Virus record (IMG/VR): IMGVR_UViG_3300006899_000574
DNA from: a virus
Lineage: Duplodnaviria > Heunggongvirae > Uroviricota > Caudoviricetes
DNA length: 64,000 nt
Direction: 5' to 3' (one strand)
Position numbers and translations under genes: made by a program. Shown piece after piece: positions 27,607 to 38,062 of this stretch (position 1 is its first letter; each line of letters opens with the position of its first letter). Below the pieces are notes generated by a model. The model did not search any database, was not told where the DNA came from, and saw only the letters and a list, made by a program, of their open reading frames with translations.

Positions 27607-29096
27607 ACGTAACGCGCAAGTTCGCCAAATACCCAGCGTTTGGCATCATAGCCGTCAATCTGCCAGTATTCTCCGGGCTCAACCCACTCATCGCCGTCTT
27701 CGAAGCCTTGCGGCTCGTCGGTCATTACTTCTCCGGTTTGCTCGTCGTAATAGACATCGAAGATATTGGCGTCTGCCCATTCCTTGACAATTGCCGTGTT
27801 GCTCTGGAAGGTGCCCTCTCCGGCGGAGGGACCGTGCATGAGATTGGCGCTGGCGTTTGCCCAGGCCTGCTGGACTTCTTCTGGCATTTTCGCTGTGAAG
27901 TACGCCACGACGTCTTTCTTCAAGGTGTCCTGCGCGCTCTCGGTGAGAGATGACATGATTTCGCTCACGTCATCAGGGGAATACAGAAATCGATAGAGCC
28001 CTTTTGAGGCCTGCTCCATAAGTGTAACGCCCTTCAGAAACTGTTCTGAAGTTGCCTGATAAACGGTTTCCAGCTCACTTACATAAGTGGGCTGTGAGGT
28101 GGCGTCTGCCAGATGTTTCTCAGCGGTTGCCGCCAGGTCTCCAAATTTCTGGACCGCGTCTGCTGTGCGCTTCTGTAAGGCAGGGACATCTGCATGAGCC
28201 TCCACGTATCGCGCCTTGCTTTGGACCATGAACAGTGTGCGACTTTCCTCTACTTTGGTGTCCTGCACGCTCTCAGTAAGTTCCTCTTCGTCATCAAAAC
28301 TATCGAGGACTGCGTACAGTCCCTTCACGTCTTCGGATGGATACCAAGTCCACAAGTTGGATTCTTCCTGAACAATCATGTCGTGCCCGTAGGTTACTTC
28401 CACGGAGAGAAATGCTGAAGAAGTACTTCCACCGGGCGTAGAGACACTGTCGGGAAGTGGCTTGCGAATCCAGCCGCCACTCACTACGAAGCCATGCGAC
28501 TCAGCATGGGTGATGCGAATAGTCTGGCTGAACTTCTTTGTGGTGAGTTGCTGTTCGCTACGCATTTTCTGGCGCAGTTCTTTCACAACTTCAGGATGTA
28601 ATTTGACTTTGATGGTGCCGAGGTCAATCTCGTCGTTCCTCTCGTCTTCTGAGGAGATTGAATCGTTGTAAGATATCAGTTGGATTTCTCCTCGCATGGA
28701 GTAAGTGTCGGGTTTACCAGCTGGCGTGAGGTGCGCTTTGAAAAACACCTGGACGCCGGCACCGCCGCCTTCCTGTAATTTTCCTTTGGCTTCCACGTAT
28801 CGCGCCTTGCTTCGGACATCCACAACCTCCGAGAAGCCCCGCATGGCGGCGATCTCAAAGCCGTGCTGAAGGGACTCCAGAGTTGCGATCTTCTGGCCCC
28901 TGGCATTGAAAGCCTGCCGGCCGTCGATAAACAGCGTGCGACTTTCCTCGACTTTCTCCGGAATATCGGCGCCGGCTTTACGCGCCATGGTGAGGCCCGC
29001 CGCCAGGCGTTGCTCGGGCTTCATTTTCTTCCCGTGCTTGCTGTGTTTGAGATGAGAGATGTTTTTCCCCGGATCGCGGGAGGCTTGGAATGGCAT
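27603..29096 (-). CDS. hypothetical protein
   Basis: 497-aa ORF. Confidence 0.5.
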   Translation of the reverse strand: MPFQASRDPGKNISHLKHSKHGKKMKPEQRLAAGLTMARKAGADIPEKVEESRTLFIDGRQAFNARGQKIATLESLQHGFEIAAMRGFSEVVDVRSKARYVEAKGKLQEGGGAGVQVFFKAHLTPAGKPDTYSMRGEIQLISYNDSISSEDERNDEIDLGTIKVKLHPEVVKELRQKMRSEQQLTTKKFSQTIRITHAESHGFVVSGGWIRKPLPDSVSTPGGSTSSAFLSVEVTYGHDMIVQEESNLWTWYPSEDVKGLYAVLDSFDDEEELTESVQDTKVEESRTLFMVQSKARYVEAHADVPALQKRTADAVQKFGDLAATAEKHLADATSQPTYVSELETVYQATSEQFLKGVTLMEQASKGLYRFLYSPDDVSEIMSSLTESAQDTLKKDVVAYFTAKMPEEVQQAWANASANLMHGPSAGEGTFQSNTAIVKEWADANIFDVYYDEQTGEVMTDEPQGFEDGDEWVEPGEYWQIDGYDAKRWVFGELARYV

Positions 29097-29111
29097 GTAG
29101 CTTTAGTGGGC

Positions 29112-29140
29112 AAAAAAAATGCCCGCTATGTCTAGCGGGC
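29112..29140 (-). terminator. terminator hairpin (first of about four hairpins in the 29097-29277 spacer)
   Basis: A8 run then GCCCGCTATGTCTAGCGGGC. Confidence 0.4.
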
Positions 29141-29277
29141 GGAGACAACATCCCCGGGGTCGTAACCCCGAGGGGACCGGAGAATCTCCGGCGACGACAG
29201 CAGAAACCCCGGCGTGGAATTTCGCGCTCCGCACCATAGCGCGGAGGTTTTCAGATCATTAGGAGTAGGAGGCGCCC

Positions 29278-30075
29278 TCATTCCCAGTCAGGCTTAGACC
29301 CCCGCCAGGTTAACACACACGTCATGGCAATCAGCAGGCCCGCAAGTCCGTGCTGGAATTCACTGCGTTGTTCCACTGACAACCAGATGGGGTCGCCGGT
29401 CTGGTCAGACTTCCTGACGTGGAAATCTCTCATCCGCTGGCCGCAAAACATAGTGTGACCGAGATCAAACTCCAGGCCCAGCCGCTGGCATTCGGAGTCC
29501 AGTGCGTCAAGCGATGTCAACAAGGCCTCCGCTGGCAACTGACTCTGCGATACCGCCCGGTAGGCGGCTACCAGCTTCTGGGGGGCGAAGTCCGCATAGT
29601 CACAGAGTTCCTGCAACAAGCCGGACTCCTGCAATGCGTGCAACTTATCTATGTGACTGGGCTTTCCGGGTTTGCTCATTTCTTCGCCGACTCCTTTCCA
29701 CGGGGAAGCCTTCCCGTGGACTCGTAATAGAGTCGCGCGCGGCCGCAGGCCTGCCCCTGTACGGATTTCTCGCTGAAGCCCGCGCAGTCCCTGTAGCCTG
29801 CGCCATTCATAGACTTCGAGTTGAGGCTCACAGGTAGTCACGCGCAACTTCAAGGAATGGTCTGCGCACTCATCAATGATGTCTTCTTTCTGCTCCAGCT
29901 GAGCCGCTGAGGTTTGCAGTGATGACGTCTGAGTCTTCACACAATCCAGAATCCACTGGCGCCGTGATATCACGCTGTCAGCTGTCTCGGTTTCCCTGCA
30001 AGTCAAAGCCGTTGCGGGCTCCTCTTGACAGGTTATGCACAGCGCAAGGAACACAATCAGGGAGAAAGATTTCAT
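29278..30075 (-). CDS. secreted hypothetical protein
   Basis: Signal peptide MKSFSLIVFLALCITC; several Cys residues. Confidence 0.5.
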   Translation of the reverse strand: MKSFSLIVFLALCITCQEEPATALTCRETETADSVISRRQWILDCVKTQTSSLQTSAAQLEQKEDIIDECADHSLKLRVTTCEPQLEVYEWRRLQGLRGLQREIRTGAGLRPRATLLRVHGKASPWKGVGEEMSKPGKPSHIDKLHALQESGLLQELCDYADFAPQKLVAAYRAVSQSQLPAEALLTSLDALDSECQRLGLEFDLGHTMFCGQRMRDFHVRKSDQTGDPIWLSVEQRSEFQHGLAGLLIAMTCVLTWRGSKPDWE

Positions 30076-30557
30076 TTCGGCTCTCCTGCTGAGGAACGTC
30101 TCGCTCTCCCACGCTTGACCTTCACTACGGGGCCCGGTACGGACTGGGATTCTTCTACCGGCGAGTTATACTTCGCCCTGACTTTTGCCTGCGCCCAGTT
30201 CCTCTTTATCCAAAGAAGAAACTCCCTGATCCAGCCAGGGAAGAAGTCTTTCACTAGGAGCACGGCGAGTAGTGCAAGGACCGACATGCTGAAGATCAGG
30301 GTGGCAACGATTGGTAGCAAGAGCACTCTGAGGAGAAGAAACTCCAGCCAACCCGAGTCTCCGCAATTGGGGCACTTTAGCTCGCTCCCCATGTATTCTA
30401 CGGGGATCAATATCCCGATATAGAGCCAGAGCCACCAGGTCTCCCTGAGTTTCTGCTCTGCGAAATAGATCACTGCTCGTAACAGACTGTAATCACGCTT
30501 CATTACTCTTCTCCTGCTGTGCTCTGAGGGGCCCACAGTTCGTGTCATGGGTTTCAC
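30072..30557 (-). CDS. integral membrane protein
   Basis: Multiple hydrophobic helices. Confidence 0.45.
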   Translation of the reverse strand: MKPMTRTVGPSEHSRRRVMKRDYSLLRAVIYFAEQKLRETWWLWLYIGILIPVEYMGSELKCPNCGDSGWLEFLLLRVLLLPIVATLIFSMSVLALLAVLLVKDFFPGWIREFLLWIKRNWAQAKVRAKYNSPVEESQSVPGPVVKVKRGRARRSSAGEPK

Positions 30558-30986
30558 TCATTGAGGTTCTCCCGGATAGACAGTATCGTAGTTTTCCAGA
30601 TATATCGAAAATCCCGCCTCGTTATCTCCCTCGTCAAGACCGCGATTCAAACTGCGATGCTTTGTCATAACAAAGGAGTAATAACCATGAATCTCACTGG
30701 ACGAATCTTCAGGAAGAACGATAACATTTGTCGCAACCACGGGAAGCGGCAACCTGAGTTCGCTTTTCTTGTAGCACGCCAGCTTTCTGACATAGGTCAT
30801 CACACGGGGCGAGACTTCGATATTCGCAAAGAGCGGGTAAGCAAAAGGCTGATGGTATCGAATCCTACCCAACAGAATTTCGAAAGCCTCCATCAAAACA
30901 GCGTATAGCTTCTGCGCATGGCTGAAGTCGTTGTCCTCGCCTGCCGCCTTGAAGTCCACATCAAATGTGTAATGGTAGTGCTTCAT
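30558..30986 (-). CDS. hypothetical protein
   Basis: 142 aa. Confidence 0.45.
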   Translation of the reverse strand: MKHYHYTFDVDFKAAGEDNDFSHAQKLYAVLMEAFEILLGRIRYHQPFAYPLFANIEVSPRVMTYVRKLACYKKSELRLPLPVVATNVIVLPEDSSSEIHGYYSFVMTKHRSLNRGLDEGDNEAGFSIYLENYDTVYPGEPQ

Positions 30987-31297
30987 GATTTATATCTCTG
31001 CACTACGAGATCACGATCGAGAGACTCTGGCAGAGGACACCACTTAGGCAGTGTATCGTTGTCATAAAACTTCGTGACATTCTTGTCACGACGGGAACCC
31101 GGTAATCCACAAAAGACGTGTTCCGGGTCTATGATACGAAAGGGACAGTTGGAGCAAGAGGAGATCGAGAAGGGCGATGATATGGTAAGCGACGGTTCTC
31201 CTGCGGGCTCCTCGGTGTTGTAGCCTTCCATCATGCCGCTTACCCAGCGTTGCTCCTTCTGGAGCAAGCGCAATAGGAGTTTACGGATTGCTTTCAT
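30983..31297 (-). CDS. Cys-rich hypothetical protein (start at MKAIRK, ATGA overlap)
   Basis: CSNCPF..C..C pattern. Confidence 0.35.
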   Translation of the reverse strand: MKAIRKLLLRLLQKEQRWVSGMMEGYNTEEPAGEPSLTISSPFSISSCSNCPFRIIDPEHVFCGLPGSRRDKNVTKFYDNDTLPKWCPLPESLDRDLVVQRYKS

Positions 31298-32022
31298 CGG
31301 CGATCTCCTTCCTTGATTTCTTCGAAGACCACTCTTTCCACAATCCCAAAGCCGCATGCGGCGTTGAGAACTGTGAGATCGGAGTTGCCCACAATGCGGT
31401 CGCGAAACAATTTTTCTACTTCTTCCGGGGTGACGTCGATACCTCCCACAAGTTTACCCGGTATGCGAAAACGAGGAGTCAGTCTGTCGTCATGGGTAAC
31501 GGATACGTATCCAAACAACTGTGCCAGCTCCTGCGCCGAGTCTGCAATGGTTTCCCGATCGATCTGCTTCAGCACCACGTCTGAAACCCTGTGTGTTTGT
31601 GTGAACATTTTGTTTTCTCCTTTATTTTTTGTTTCAGATAGATTAAGGTTCGCGTCAGATGGCGCATCCTCAATGAGGTGCCAGTCACCGCTGAGATAGA
31701 ATGTACCTCGTTTGCTCTCTGCGCGGAACAGCTTCATGGTAGCTCTGTTATACCAGAGCTGTCCGGGTTTGAATTCTATGCGTGGGAGGGATAGTAATTG
31801 CCACACCTCCGATTTCGTGGGGACTTCGAAGACCAGCGCGCCGCCTGCTGGAGTAGGGTGGCCATAGCTACCACCAAGTCGCATGATAGAGACCTCGGAT
31901 AAAACTAGCCATATCACATCGAGAGTAAGCTCGTCATAACGGGAGTGCTTGACGATCTCCCGCCAGACCTGACCGACTTCGACTTTATCAGGACGAGGCG
32001 GGAGGTGAGAGGTGTAATCCAT
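31294..32022 (-). CDS. hypothetical protein, paralogue of 50911-52032
   Basis: Shared VGQVWR N-terminus and FGY..(8-9 aa)..PGKLVG.(1-2 aa)..VTPE...LFR.RI block. Confidence 0.5.
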   Translation of the reverse strand: MDYTSHLPPRPDKVEVGQVWREIVKHSRYDELTLDVIWLVLSEVSIMRLGGSYGHPTPAGGALVFEVPTKSEVWQLLSLPRIEFKPGQLWYNRATMKLFRAESKRGTFYLSGDWHLIEDAPSDANLNLSETKNKGENKMFTQTHRVSDVVLKQIDRETIADSAQELAQLFGYVSVTHDDRLTPRFRIPGKLVGGIDVTPEEVEKLFRDRIVGNSDLTVLNAACGFGIVERVVFEEIKEGDRR

Positions 32023-32059
32023 GCGGACACCCTATCTCCGCCGTGGTTTTTTGTCAACC

Positions 32060-33067
32060 CTATTTCAGTTTGCTCTGGATGTCCTTCAGAAGCTGTCCGG
32101 GATAGCGAGTGAGCTTGGTTGTCATCGCCATGCCGTGCTTGCAGAGATTGGCGCCGCGCGGTTGTCCACTGCGCTGAGCCCAAACTGGATCAGGAATGTT
32201 GGTCTTGTAGATCGCTGTATTGGTCTGTGTGTTCTGATACTTCAGCATAAAGTGCCAGGCAGGACACGAGCAGAAGAACTGCACGTCGCAGACTTTGAGG
32301 AAGTCCTTAAACTCCTCCAGAGTTACCTTGCGCCAGTCCTCAAACCAGGATTTAAAATCTACGAAGCGCACTTCGAGTGTGTAAGCCGAAGTCGCTCCTT
32401 TTGGGTTTCCTTGAAAATCCAATTCGTCGGCACTGAATTTCCTGGTAGGCTCTGCGAGGAAATACGCTATCCCCAATAGAGGATCAAAGTTCACGAACTG
32501 CAAGCCGCGCTCCATCACGCCCTTGATCTTACGACGCTCGCCTGCGGTGCGCTTGATGACTTGATTGACGCGCTTCTGCAAGTCGTATATCGTGAACTCC
32601 TCGATCTTCTTGATCTCTGTGTAGTAGATGGGGTTCTCCAGAAGATGTGAGGCGGCGATCCTCGCGGCGGTCAGCCACTCCTCACTGCCTCGGCCCGGAA
32701 TTACGTCCAGGTCTCCTGCGGTGTCGCCGTGCTCCTTCAATTCTGCCATGATGCCTTGCCAGAGCTGAGCCAGCGAGATGTCGGCGTAGGCCGGCCCCAG
32801 GGTGTCGCGGAGTTGTCTTGCGTCTTCGAGTGTGGGAGCCCTGCGAAACGCTGGCTCCCCGGGGTCATCTGCAACTACGTGACGACTGAGGATCATGCCG
32901 TTGGTGAGGCCCACCATGTAGTCGTCGTAGTTCCAGTTGCCGTCGCGGAGCTGGACCTTCAGGAGTTCATCCAGAGAATTCAGGTCTTCCCGGGTCTTGA
33001 ATAAGCCCCTGGGTTTCTGTTTGCCGACAGAACTCATTTTCTGATTTCTTTTACGATCAGGTAGCAC
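32060..33067 (-). CDS. hypothetical protein with C-terminal SWIM-type zinc finger
   Basis: CSCPAWHF...CKH (CxCxnCxH). Confidence 0.4.
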   Translation of the reverse strand: MLPDRKRNQKMSSVGKQKPRGLFKTREDLNSLDELLKVQLRDGNWNYDDYMVGLTNGMILSRHVVADDPGEPAFRRAPTLEDARQLRDTLGPAYADISLAQLWQGIMAELKEHGDTAGDLDVIPGRGSEEWLTAARIAASHLLENPIYYTEIKKIEEFTIYDLQKRVNQVIKRTAGERRKIKGVMERGLQFVNFDPLLGIAYFLAEPTRKFSADELDFQGNPKGATSAYTLEVRFVDFKSWFEDWRKVTLEEFKDFLKVCDVQFFCSCPAWHFMLKYQNTQTNTAIYKTNIPDPVWAQRSGQPRGANLCKHGMAMTTKLTRYPGQLLKDIQSKLK

Positions 33068-33333
33068 ACCAGCATGCAGACAACGAAGACCCAGCCTCCT
33101 GACTGCGCAGTAGTGGAGACGAACTCCAGAACTTCTTTGCCTACGCCAATCAAGAACTTGATGACACCAAAGCGTCCGATAGTCACGGCGTCTGCTGTTA
33201 TCATCACAAGCGTCGCGGCTACTGCGATTTCCTGCGGCGTATCAAGGCGCTTGATCTGCGCTGTTGCCCAGTCAAGAACGGTGTGCAACATTACTTCGAG
33301 TTTCGCACCTACGGCTTTCAGTTTTTCCATCAT
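33034..33333 (-). CDS. small membrane protein
   Basis: 99 aa, hydrophobic. Confidence 0.4.
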   Translation of the reverse strand: MMEKLKAVGAKLEVMLHTVLDWATAQIKRLDTPQEIAVAATLVMITADAVTIGRFGVIKFLIGVGKEVLEFVSTTAQSGGWVFVVCMLVCYLIVKEIRK

Positions 33334-33356
33334 AACAACATCACCTCTCTTCTGTC

Positions 33357-33758
33357 TTAGTCGGGTTTGAAGAGGCTCAACTGCTCCCGGGGTTGTGTAA
33401 CGGCTTTCTTCATCGCTGACTGCGGTGCCACGGCATCTGGCTTGCTGTTGGGCTCCGGGGCGCCGACAAGCTCGGGTTGCACGTCCTGTCCGGATTTGCT
33501 CGCAATTCCGGCGCCGGACAGCGCCGCCACAGCCGCATCTCGTTTGCTGTCGTCGTAGAACACGAAGAAAACCTTGTCGTGTACGTTGCGCTCCTCGTCA
33601 GCACTGCCAATGAGCTGGCGTGCGGCTCTCTTGTCTTCAAGATCAACTCTGATGTAGAAACGATCTCTGAAGTCCTGCACGGACTCCTTGCGACTGCCGC
33701 CGTTGGCTTCGAAGACGGGTTTGTAATCTGCTGGTGGTTTTCCCGGAGAGTAGTTCAC
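33357..33758 (-). CDS. hypothetical protein
   Basis: 133 aa. Confidence 0.45.
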   Translation of the reverse strand: MNYSPGKPPADYKPVFEANGGSRKESVQDFRDRFYIRVDLEDKRAARQLIGSADEERNVHDKVFFVFYDDSKRDAAVAALSGAGIASKSGQDVQPELVGAPEPNSKPDAVAPQSAMKKAVTQPREQLSLFKPD

Positions 33759-35443
33759 GCCGCTTCCTCGTCTGCTTTGGGCTTGAGTTCCACGATGTTG
33801 GCGTCTCTGTCGTGCGCGCGGTTCATCGCCTGGATCTGATTCAGGATGATCTTGCGGAATTTCTTGCCAACGCGCTGTGCGATCTGCTGGCCCTCTGGAG
33901 TCTGTCTCCAGTTACGGAACCTCTCGTCAGCGGCATCAAGAGTCTCGTCTTTCTGCACGTAGGGGGAGAACTCCGGAAACTCGGGGTTCTCTGCCCGGGC
34001 TTCTTTGACAGTGTCTTCGATCATCAGCGCATATTCATCGGCAAGCAATACGAAGGTCCGGAAGTCGAACTGCTTGAGTTCTCCCTGGTCGGAGAACTTC
34101 TTGAGGATGTTGCGGATGCCAGTCAGCACAACAGGTGGCAGGTGCGGCAGGTCGTTGCTCTGAATCTTTGGCAGGATATCCCGGAGTCTGTCGAACAGCT
34201 GATCCAGCGAGAGATAGAGTCCGTAAGACGCCGAGCGCGTGCGGATGGCGTCGTCGAAATCCCTGGGAGTGAGGTTGGTGGTGATCACCATGCGGCCGGA
34301 GTACCAGAAGCTGTCGGGCAGGATGAAGCCGTTGATCTCCGCAAAGCCCGACTTACTGCCGGAAGACAGTCGGCGGAACTGCTTGTTATCGGTGACGATC
34401 TTCATCAATGGGTTGGACTTCGACAGGAAGTAGTCGCCTTCGTCGATGAATGTCGTAGCGGCGTTGCTGACATAGCACTGGAAGTAGAGGTCTTCATTGG
34501 ACATCTCGTTTGGAGCTTCCATCCAGCCATTCTCCTGGTGGTAGGGTTGCTTGGCGTCGTCGCCGCTGAGCTTCTTGAGTTTCTCCACGGGATCGCTTGC
34601 GGTCTTCTTGACGCGAGTTCCGTGACCTTCCACGTCGTCTAACGTAAGTTCATATCCATAGAGCTGATCCTTCAGGACGTCCTTCACCTTCTCCAGAGCT
34701 TTGTTCTTGAGATCGGCATCGGTTTCCGGAACCAGTGTGTCTTCTTTTCTCGACAACGTGTAGTTGTGCAGATAACGTGTGTAGAGATTACGGGCTTGAT
34801 CTCGTGCCTGGTTGGCGGCCATTCTGACCTTGAAGTCCTCGGGATCAAATGCGATGGATTGTTTGAGACGTTTGTGGATTTCCGCACTGCTGGTCTCTGC
34901 TCCGCACTCCGCAAGCAGAGCTTCGCGTGCCGCAATCGACTTACCCACGCCAGCCTGGCCGTATAGTACAAACAGCTGTTGCTTGCCAAGGCCTCCTGCT
35001 CCTCGAAGGAACAGTCGTATCTTGCGCTCGGCATCCTTGAAGACATCGCTACCGCGCAAAATGTCCTTCGCATAGGCGTCGGATTTCAGAACAGGAAGCT
35101 CGGGCTCGACTGCGGCATCCTTTGCGGCGGCTTTTTGTTTTCCCAGGAGGTTGTTCACAAACCCCGAAACCCCCGATGCTTCAGTGATCTTGCGGGTGGC
35201 AACACGCTGGCCGTCCTGGAGTTCGGCGATCCTGAATGGCGTTCTGCCATGCGGAAGGAAGTCCACCGCGACCTTCCGACCTTCGCAGAGAAACACCACG
35301 CGGTTGAAGTCGGTATCGCCGCGATAGCTGTGCAGGCTGTGGCCGCCGGATACTCGCCCACGGTAGCCACGCAATATCTGTCTTGCGGCTTCAAGCTGGG
35401 TTTGACTGAGATCGCGGGTTGCGCGGTGAAGATTACGTGCCAT
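33755..35443 (-). CDS. P-loop NTPase of unknown function
   Basis: Walker A GQAGVGKS. Confidence 0.55.
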   Translation of the reverse strand: MARNLHRATRDLSQTQLEAARQILRGYRGRVSGGHSLHSYRGDTDFNRVVFLCEGRKVAVDFLPHGRTPFRIAELQDGQRVATRKITEASGVSGFVNNLLGKQKAAAKDAAVEPELPVLKSDAYAKDILRGSDVFKDAERKIRLFLRGAGGLGKQQLFVLYGQAGVGKSIAAREALLAECGAETSSAEIHKRLKQSIAFDPEDFKVRMAANQARDQARNLYTRYLHNYTLSRKEDTLVPETDADLKNKALEKVKDVLKDQLYGYELTLDDVEGHGTRVKKTASDPVEKLKKLSGDDAKQPYHQENGWMEAPNEMSNEDLYFQCYVSNAATTFIDEGDYFLSKSNPLMKIVTDNKQFRRLSSGSKSGFAEINGFILPDSFWYSGRMVITTNLTPRDFDDAIRTRSASYGLYLSLDQLFDRLRDILPKIQSNDLPHLPPVVLTGIRNILKKFSDQGELKQFDFRTFVLLADEYALMIEDTVKEARAENPEFPEFSPYVQKDETLDAADERFRNWRQTPEGQQIAQRVGKKFRKIILNQIQAMNRAHDRDANIVELKPKADEEAA

Positions 35444-35468
35444 TACGGCAATTAGTTACAAAGCAGGC

Positions 35469-35921
35469 CTACGGAAACCAGGTGTGAGGCCTGGGTTTAT
35501 TCTTGTCTCTGCCCTTCCCTCGCTTTCCGTGGATAACACGGAGCGGGTCAAAGCCCGTAAGCCGGGCACGAAGCTTATCTATAAACGCAGTGGGAGCGTT
35601 CTCCCGACGTATGCGCTCGATCTCCGCCTGCCCGGGTTTGATGTTGGGGTTGATCTTCAGCAGATCATCCAGCGTGGTGGCAAGAGTTGTGGCGCGGTAG
35701 TCCGGCGGCGGCTCAACTTCCCAGGAGCCGTCCGGAAGCACAGTGATTTTCTCAAAGCTGTCTACCGCGTCTTTCAGGCCCCAGAAGTTTGCCACGAAGA
35801 AGTGGGTTTGCAGGAACCTCAAGAACTCCCAGTAGGGCAGAGTATCTGGAGACTCCATGTCAGATGTCTGGTACTGCACAAGCCCGCCTCTGGGCATTTG
35901 CTGGCAGATGATGTATTCCAT
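35469..35921 (-). CDS. hypothetical protein
   Basis: 150 aa. Confidence 0.45.
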   Translation of the reverse strand: MEYIICQQMPRGGLVQYQTSDMESPDTLPYWEFLRFLQTHFFVANFWGLKDAVDSFEKITVLPDGSWEVEPPPDYRATTLATTLDDLLKINPNIKPGQAEIERIRRENAPTAFIDKLRARLTGFDPLRVIHGKRGKGRDKNKPRPHTWFP

Positions 35922-35925
35922 CTGC

Positions 35926-36291
35926 CTATACGTCGGCGGACGCCAGACGCTCTGCGAAATTCCCGTTGATCTTCGCCTTGAGATACTTCTTCACCTGAGT
36001 CTCGCGGCCCGCCAGGGTGTCGTGGAGCACGCTGGATACCAGCGTGTTGGGCTTGACGAATATCTGCTCCGCGACTTCGAACTCGCCGTTCTGTAGCGGA
36101 ATCTTTTCGTAGGCCAGCTTGAAGTCCCCGAAGAACGGGATGCTGACCTGGTTGGTGCCGCGCTGAATGTTCTGCGACAGTTCGAAGAGTAGTGCCATGA
36201 ATACGGAGTTGACCTGTGCCTGCGTGAGACGCGTCGCAATGCAGACAGACTCCACTACGTGTTTTTCGAGATCGTTCAACTTTATCGTCAT
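35926..36291 (-). CDS. hypothetical protein
   Basis: 121 aa. Confidence 0.45.
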   Translation of the reverse strand: MTIKLNDLEKHVVESVCIATRLTQAQVNSVFMALLFELSQNIQRGTNQVSIPFFGDFKLAYEKIPLQNGEFEVAEQIFVKPNTLVSSVLHDTLAGRETQVKKYLKAKINGNFAERLASADV

Positions 36292-36566
36292 CTGCTCCCC
36301 GAGCCTCAGCTCTTCAGTTTATCGAGTTTGCGAAGCCCGCCGTCGTCTTCCTGTACCAGCCGGATCTCACTCTGTGCCTCGCGTTCCCGCAGGGCCCGAA
36401 GCTCGTCCTCGCTGATCTCCCGACTCTGATCGCCTTCTTTCAATACAATTCCCATGGCACATTAGGCCGACTCCCGGCTTTCATGTCTCCCCAGGCTACC
36501 ACGGCCTGACTTGCATTTCATGTTATTTTTATCGACGCCTGTGACTTTTTTCTTCAGGTTGACGGT

Positions 36567-36944
36567 ATGCGTATTCACAAAGACCTGGGGACGTGGTTCG
36601 GACTGTCCTACGCCTCCTTCTGCGTAATGCCTCGCGTGCTTATGGAGGACATGCCAGAGACCTGGCAACAACGGATGGCGGAATTGCTCCACGAATTTGA
36701 TCATGCCTTCGATGGGCATGCTTTCACGGAATTGACGGGAATCGACGGATGGCAGGTGCGCGCTACGGCGCGCAGGAAACTAGTCTCTATCCCTTCTTCC
36801 CTGAAGAACTACCGCCATCCGGAGATGTCATTTATCCAGAAGATCCGCCATACGCGCTATTGGAAGGCACAGGATTACCTGGCGCGACGGCGAGCAAGGA
36901 AAGAGGGAGAGCCTCCGCAGGCGGACAGCTCTCCCTCGGTTTGA
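36567..36944 (+). CDS. hypothetical protein (isolated plus-strand gene)
   Basis: 125 aa; divergent from the minus-strand block. Confidence 0.45.
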   Translation: MRIHKDLGTWFGLSYASFCVMPRVLMEDMPETWQQRMAELLHEFDHAFDGHAFTELTGIDGWQVRATARRKLVSIPSSLKNYRHPEMSFIQKIRHTRYWKAQDYLARRRARKEGEPPQADSSPSV

Positions 36945-37035
36945 GAGGATATATCATTTCTTCATATAGCTACCCTCCTCCCCGCATGGGGCACTTGCGA
37001 CTATATAACTGCCTGCTATTTTTGTCAAGATTTTT

Positions 37036-37248
37036 TCACAGGGAGACAACCACCCAGGGGCGCTTGATGCCAATCAGGAGTTCATCTGCGTGCCTGTCAC
37101 AGAGGCGGGTTTCGGTACGCAGGCCGTCCTCATTGAGATAGCGAATTTTCCAGCGTGACTCGTGGGTGCAGTCGTAGTCAAAGCACTGGTCGTTCTCCAG
37201 CTTCTTGTGGAGCTGTGACATCTTGAATTTTCGTTTGTTTGCGCTCAT
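37036..37248 (-). CDS. hypothetical small protein
   Basis: 70 aa. Confidence 0.3.
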   Translation of the reverse strand: MSANKRKFKMSQLHKKLENDQCFDYDCTHESRWKIRYLNEDGLRTETRLCDRHADELLIGIKRPWVVVSL

Positions 37249-37420
37249 CTCGGGTTCCTGTGAAGAGTAAATCTGCCAGTCTGCGGTTGGCTTCGCAAAT
37301 CTCTGCGGGGGTTAATGCAAGCCAGAGCCGATCCAGTAAATCATTTACTCTGTCTCGCTCATCATCGGGCAGATTGCGACTACGAAATGTCAGCGCGACG
37401 TATTTGTCTACTCTGGTCAT
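37178..37420 (-). CDS. hypothetical protein
   Basis: Start trimmed to MTRVDK, ATGA coupling. Confidence 0.3.
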   Translation of the reverse strand: MTRVDKYVALTFRSRNLPDDERDRVNDLLDRLWLALTPAEICEANRRLADLLFTGTRDERKQTKIQDVTAPQEAGERPVL

Positions 37421-38034
37421 GCTCTGCCCCGCAGATTGAACAGGATTTTTTTGATCATACGTGATTGGTTCCGTTTGTAGAACTGCCGGAACTCCGTTGA
37501 GCTGTAAAGCCATTTTACAACTGCGGATTCGGTTTTCAGTTTCCCCTGGGCGCGACGGCGCAGGATGTCTATGAAGAAGTCCTGCGTCCAGGGCTCGACC
37601 TCATCGCGGTCGTTAAAATACGCCCGTGTGCGCACCAGAGTGTCGCCTCCATAGGGCCGTGAGGCCTCCTCATCTTTGCGCGCCAGCAAGAACTGCACGA
37701 TGTGAACGAGTTCATGTGCAAGGATCTGCACGCGCCGCGCTCTACGTCTGACAAAGAACCCCCGGTACAGGATGATCTCGTGTTCCAGGGTCTCTGCTGT
37801 CCACCAGGACTGCTCGACGTCCGGCTTCACGACGATGCGGAATTTTTCCCGAAGGTTCCGGAGCCTGCGCGTGCGATCGGGGATCTTGCGCTTTGTGCGC
37901 CGCAGATAGGCGTCGAACAGCTCGCGGAACCCCGTGTCTTCGAAGGGCCGGATGACTGCGGTTTTCCTGAACTCCAGCATGTCGTAGATGCGCTCCGGCA
38001 TCCCGGTATCGACTCCCAGCAGGAACTTGGACAC
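37417..38034 (-). CDS. putative zinc metalloprotease (HExxH)
   Basis: ILAHELVHIVQF. Confidence 0.45.
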   Translation of the reverse strand: MSKFLLGVDTGMPERIYDMLEFRKTAVIRPFEDTGFRELFDAYLRRTKRKIPDRTRRLRNLREKFRIVVKPDVEQSWWTAETLEHEIILYRGFFVRRRARRVQILAHELVHIVQFLLARKDEEASRPYGGDTLVRTRAYFNDRDEVEPWTQDFFIDILRRRAQGKLKTESAVVKWLYSSTEFRQFYKRNQSRMIKKILFNLRGRA

Positions 38035-38062
38035 GGCAGACCTCCGCCGCTAGCCAGGCTTT

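Noticed and set aside
36306-36455. 49-aa minus-strand ORF (MGIVLKEGDQSREISEDELRALREREAQSEIR...) in the divergent spacer
   Set aside because: Plausible small protein, but it has no obvious RBS and is very short. Not reported as a feature.
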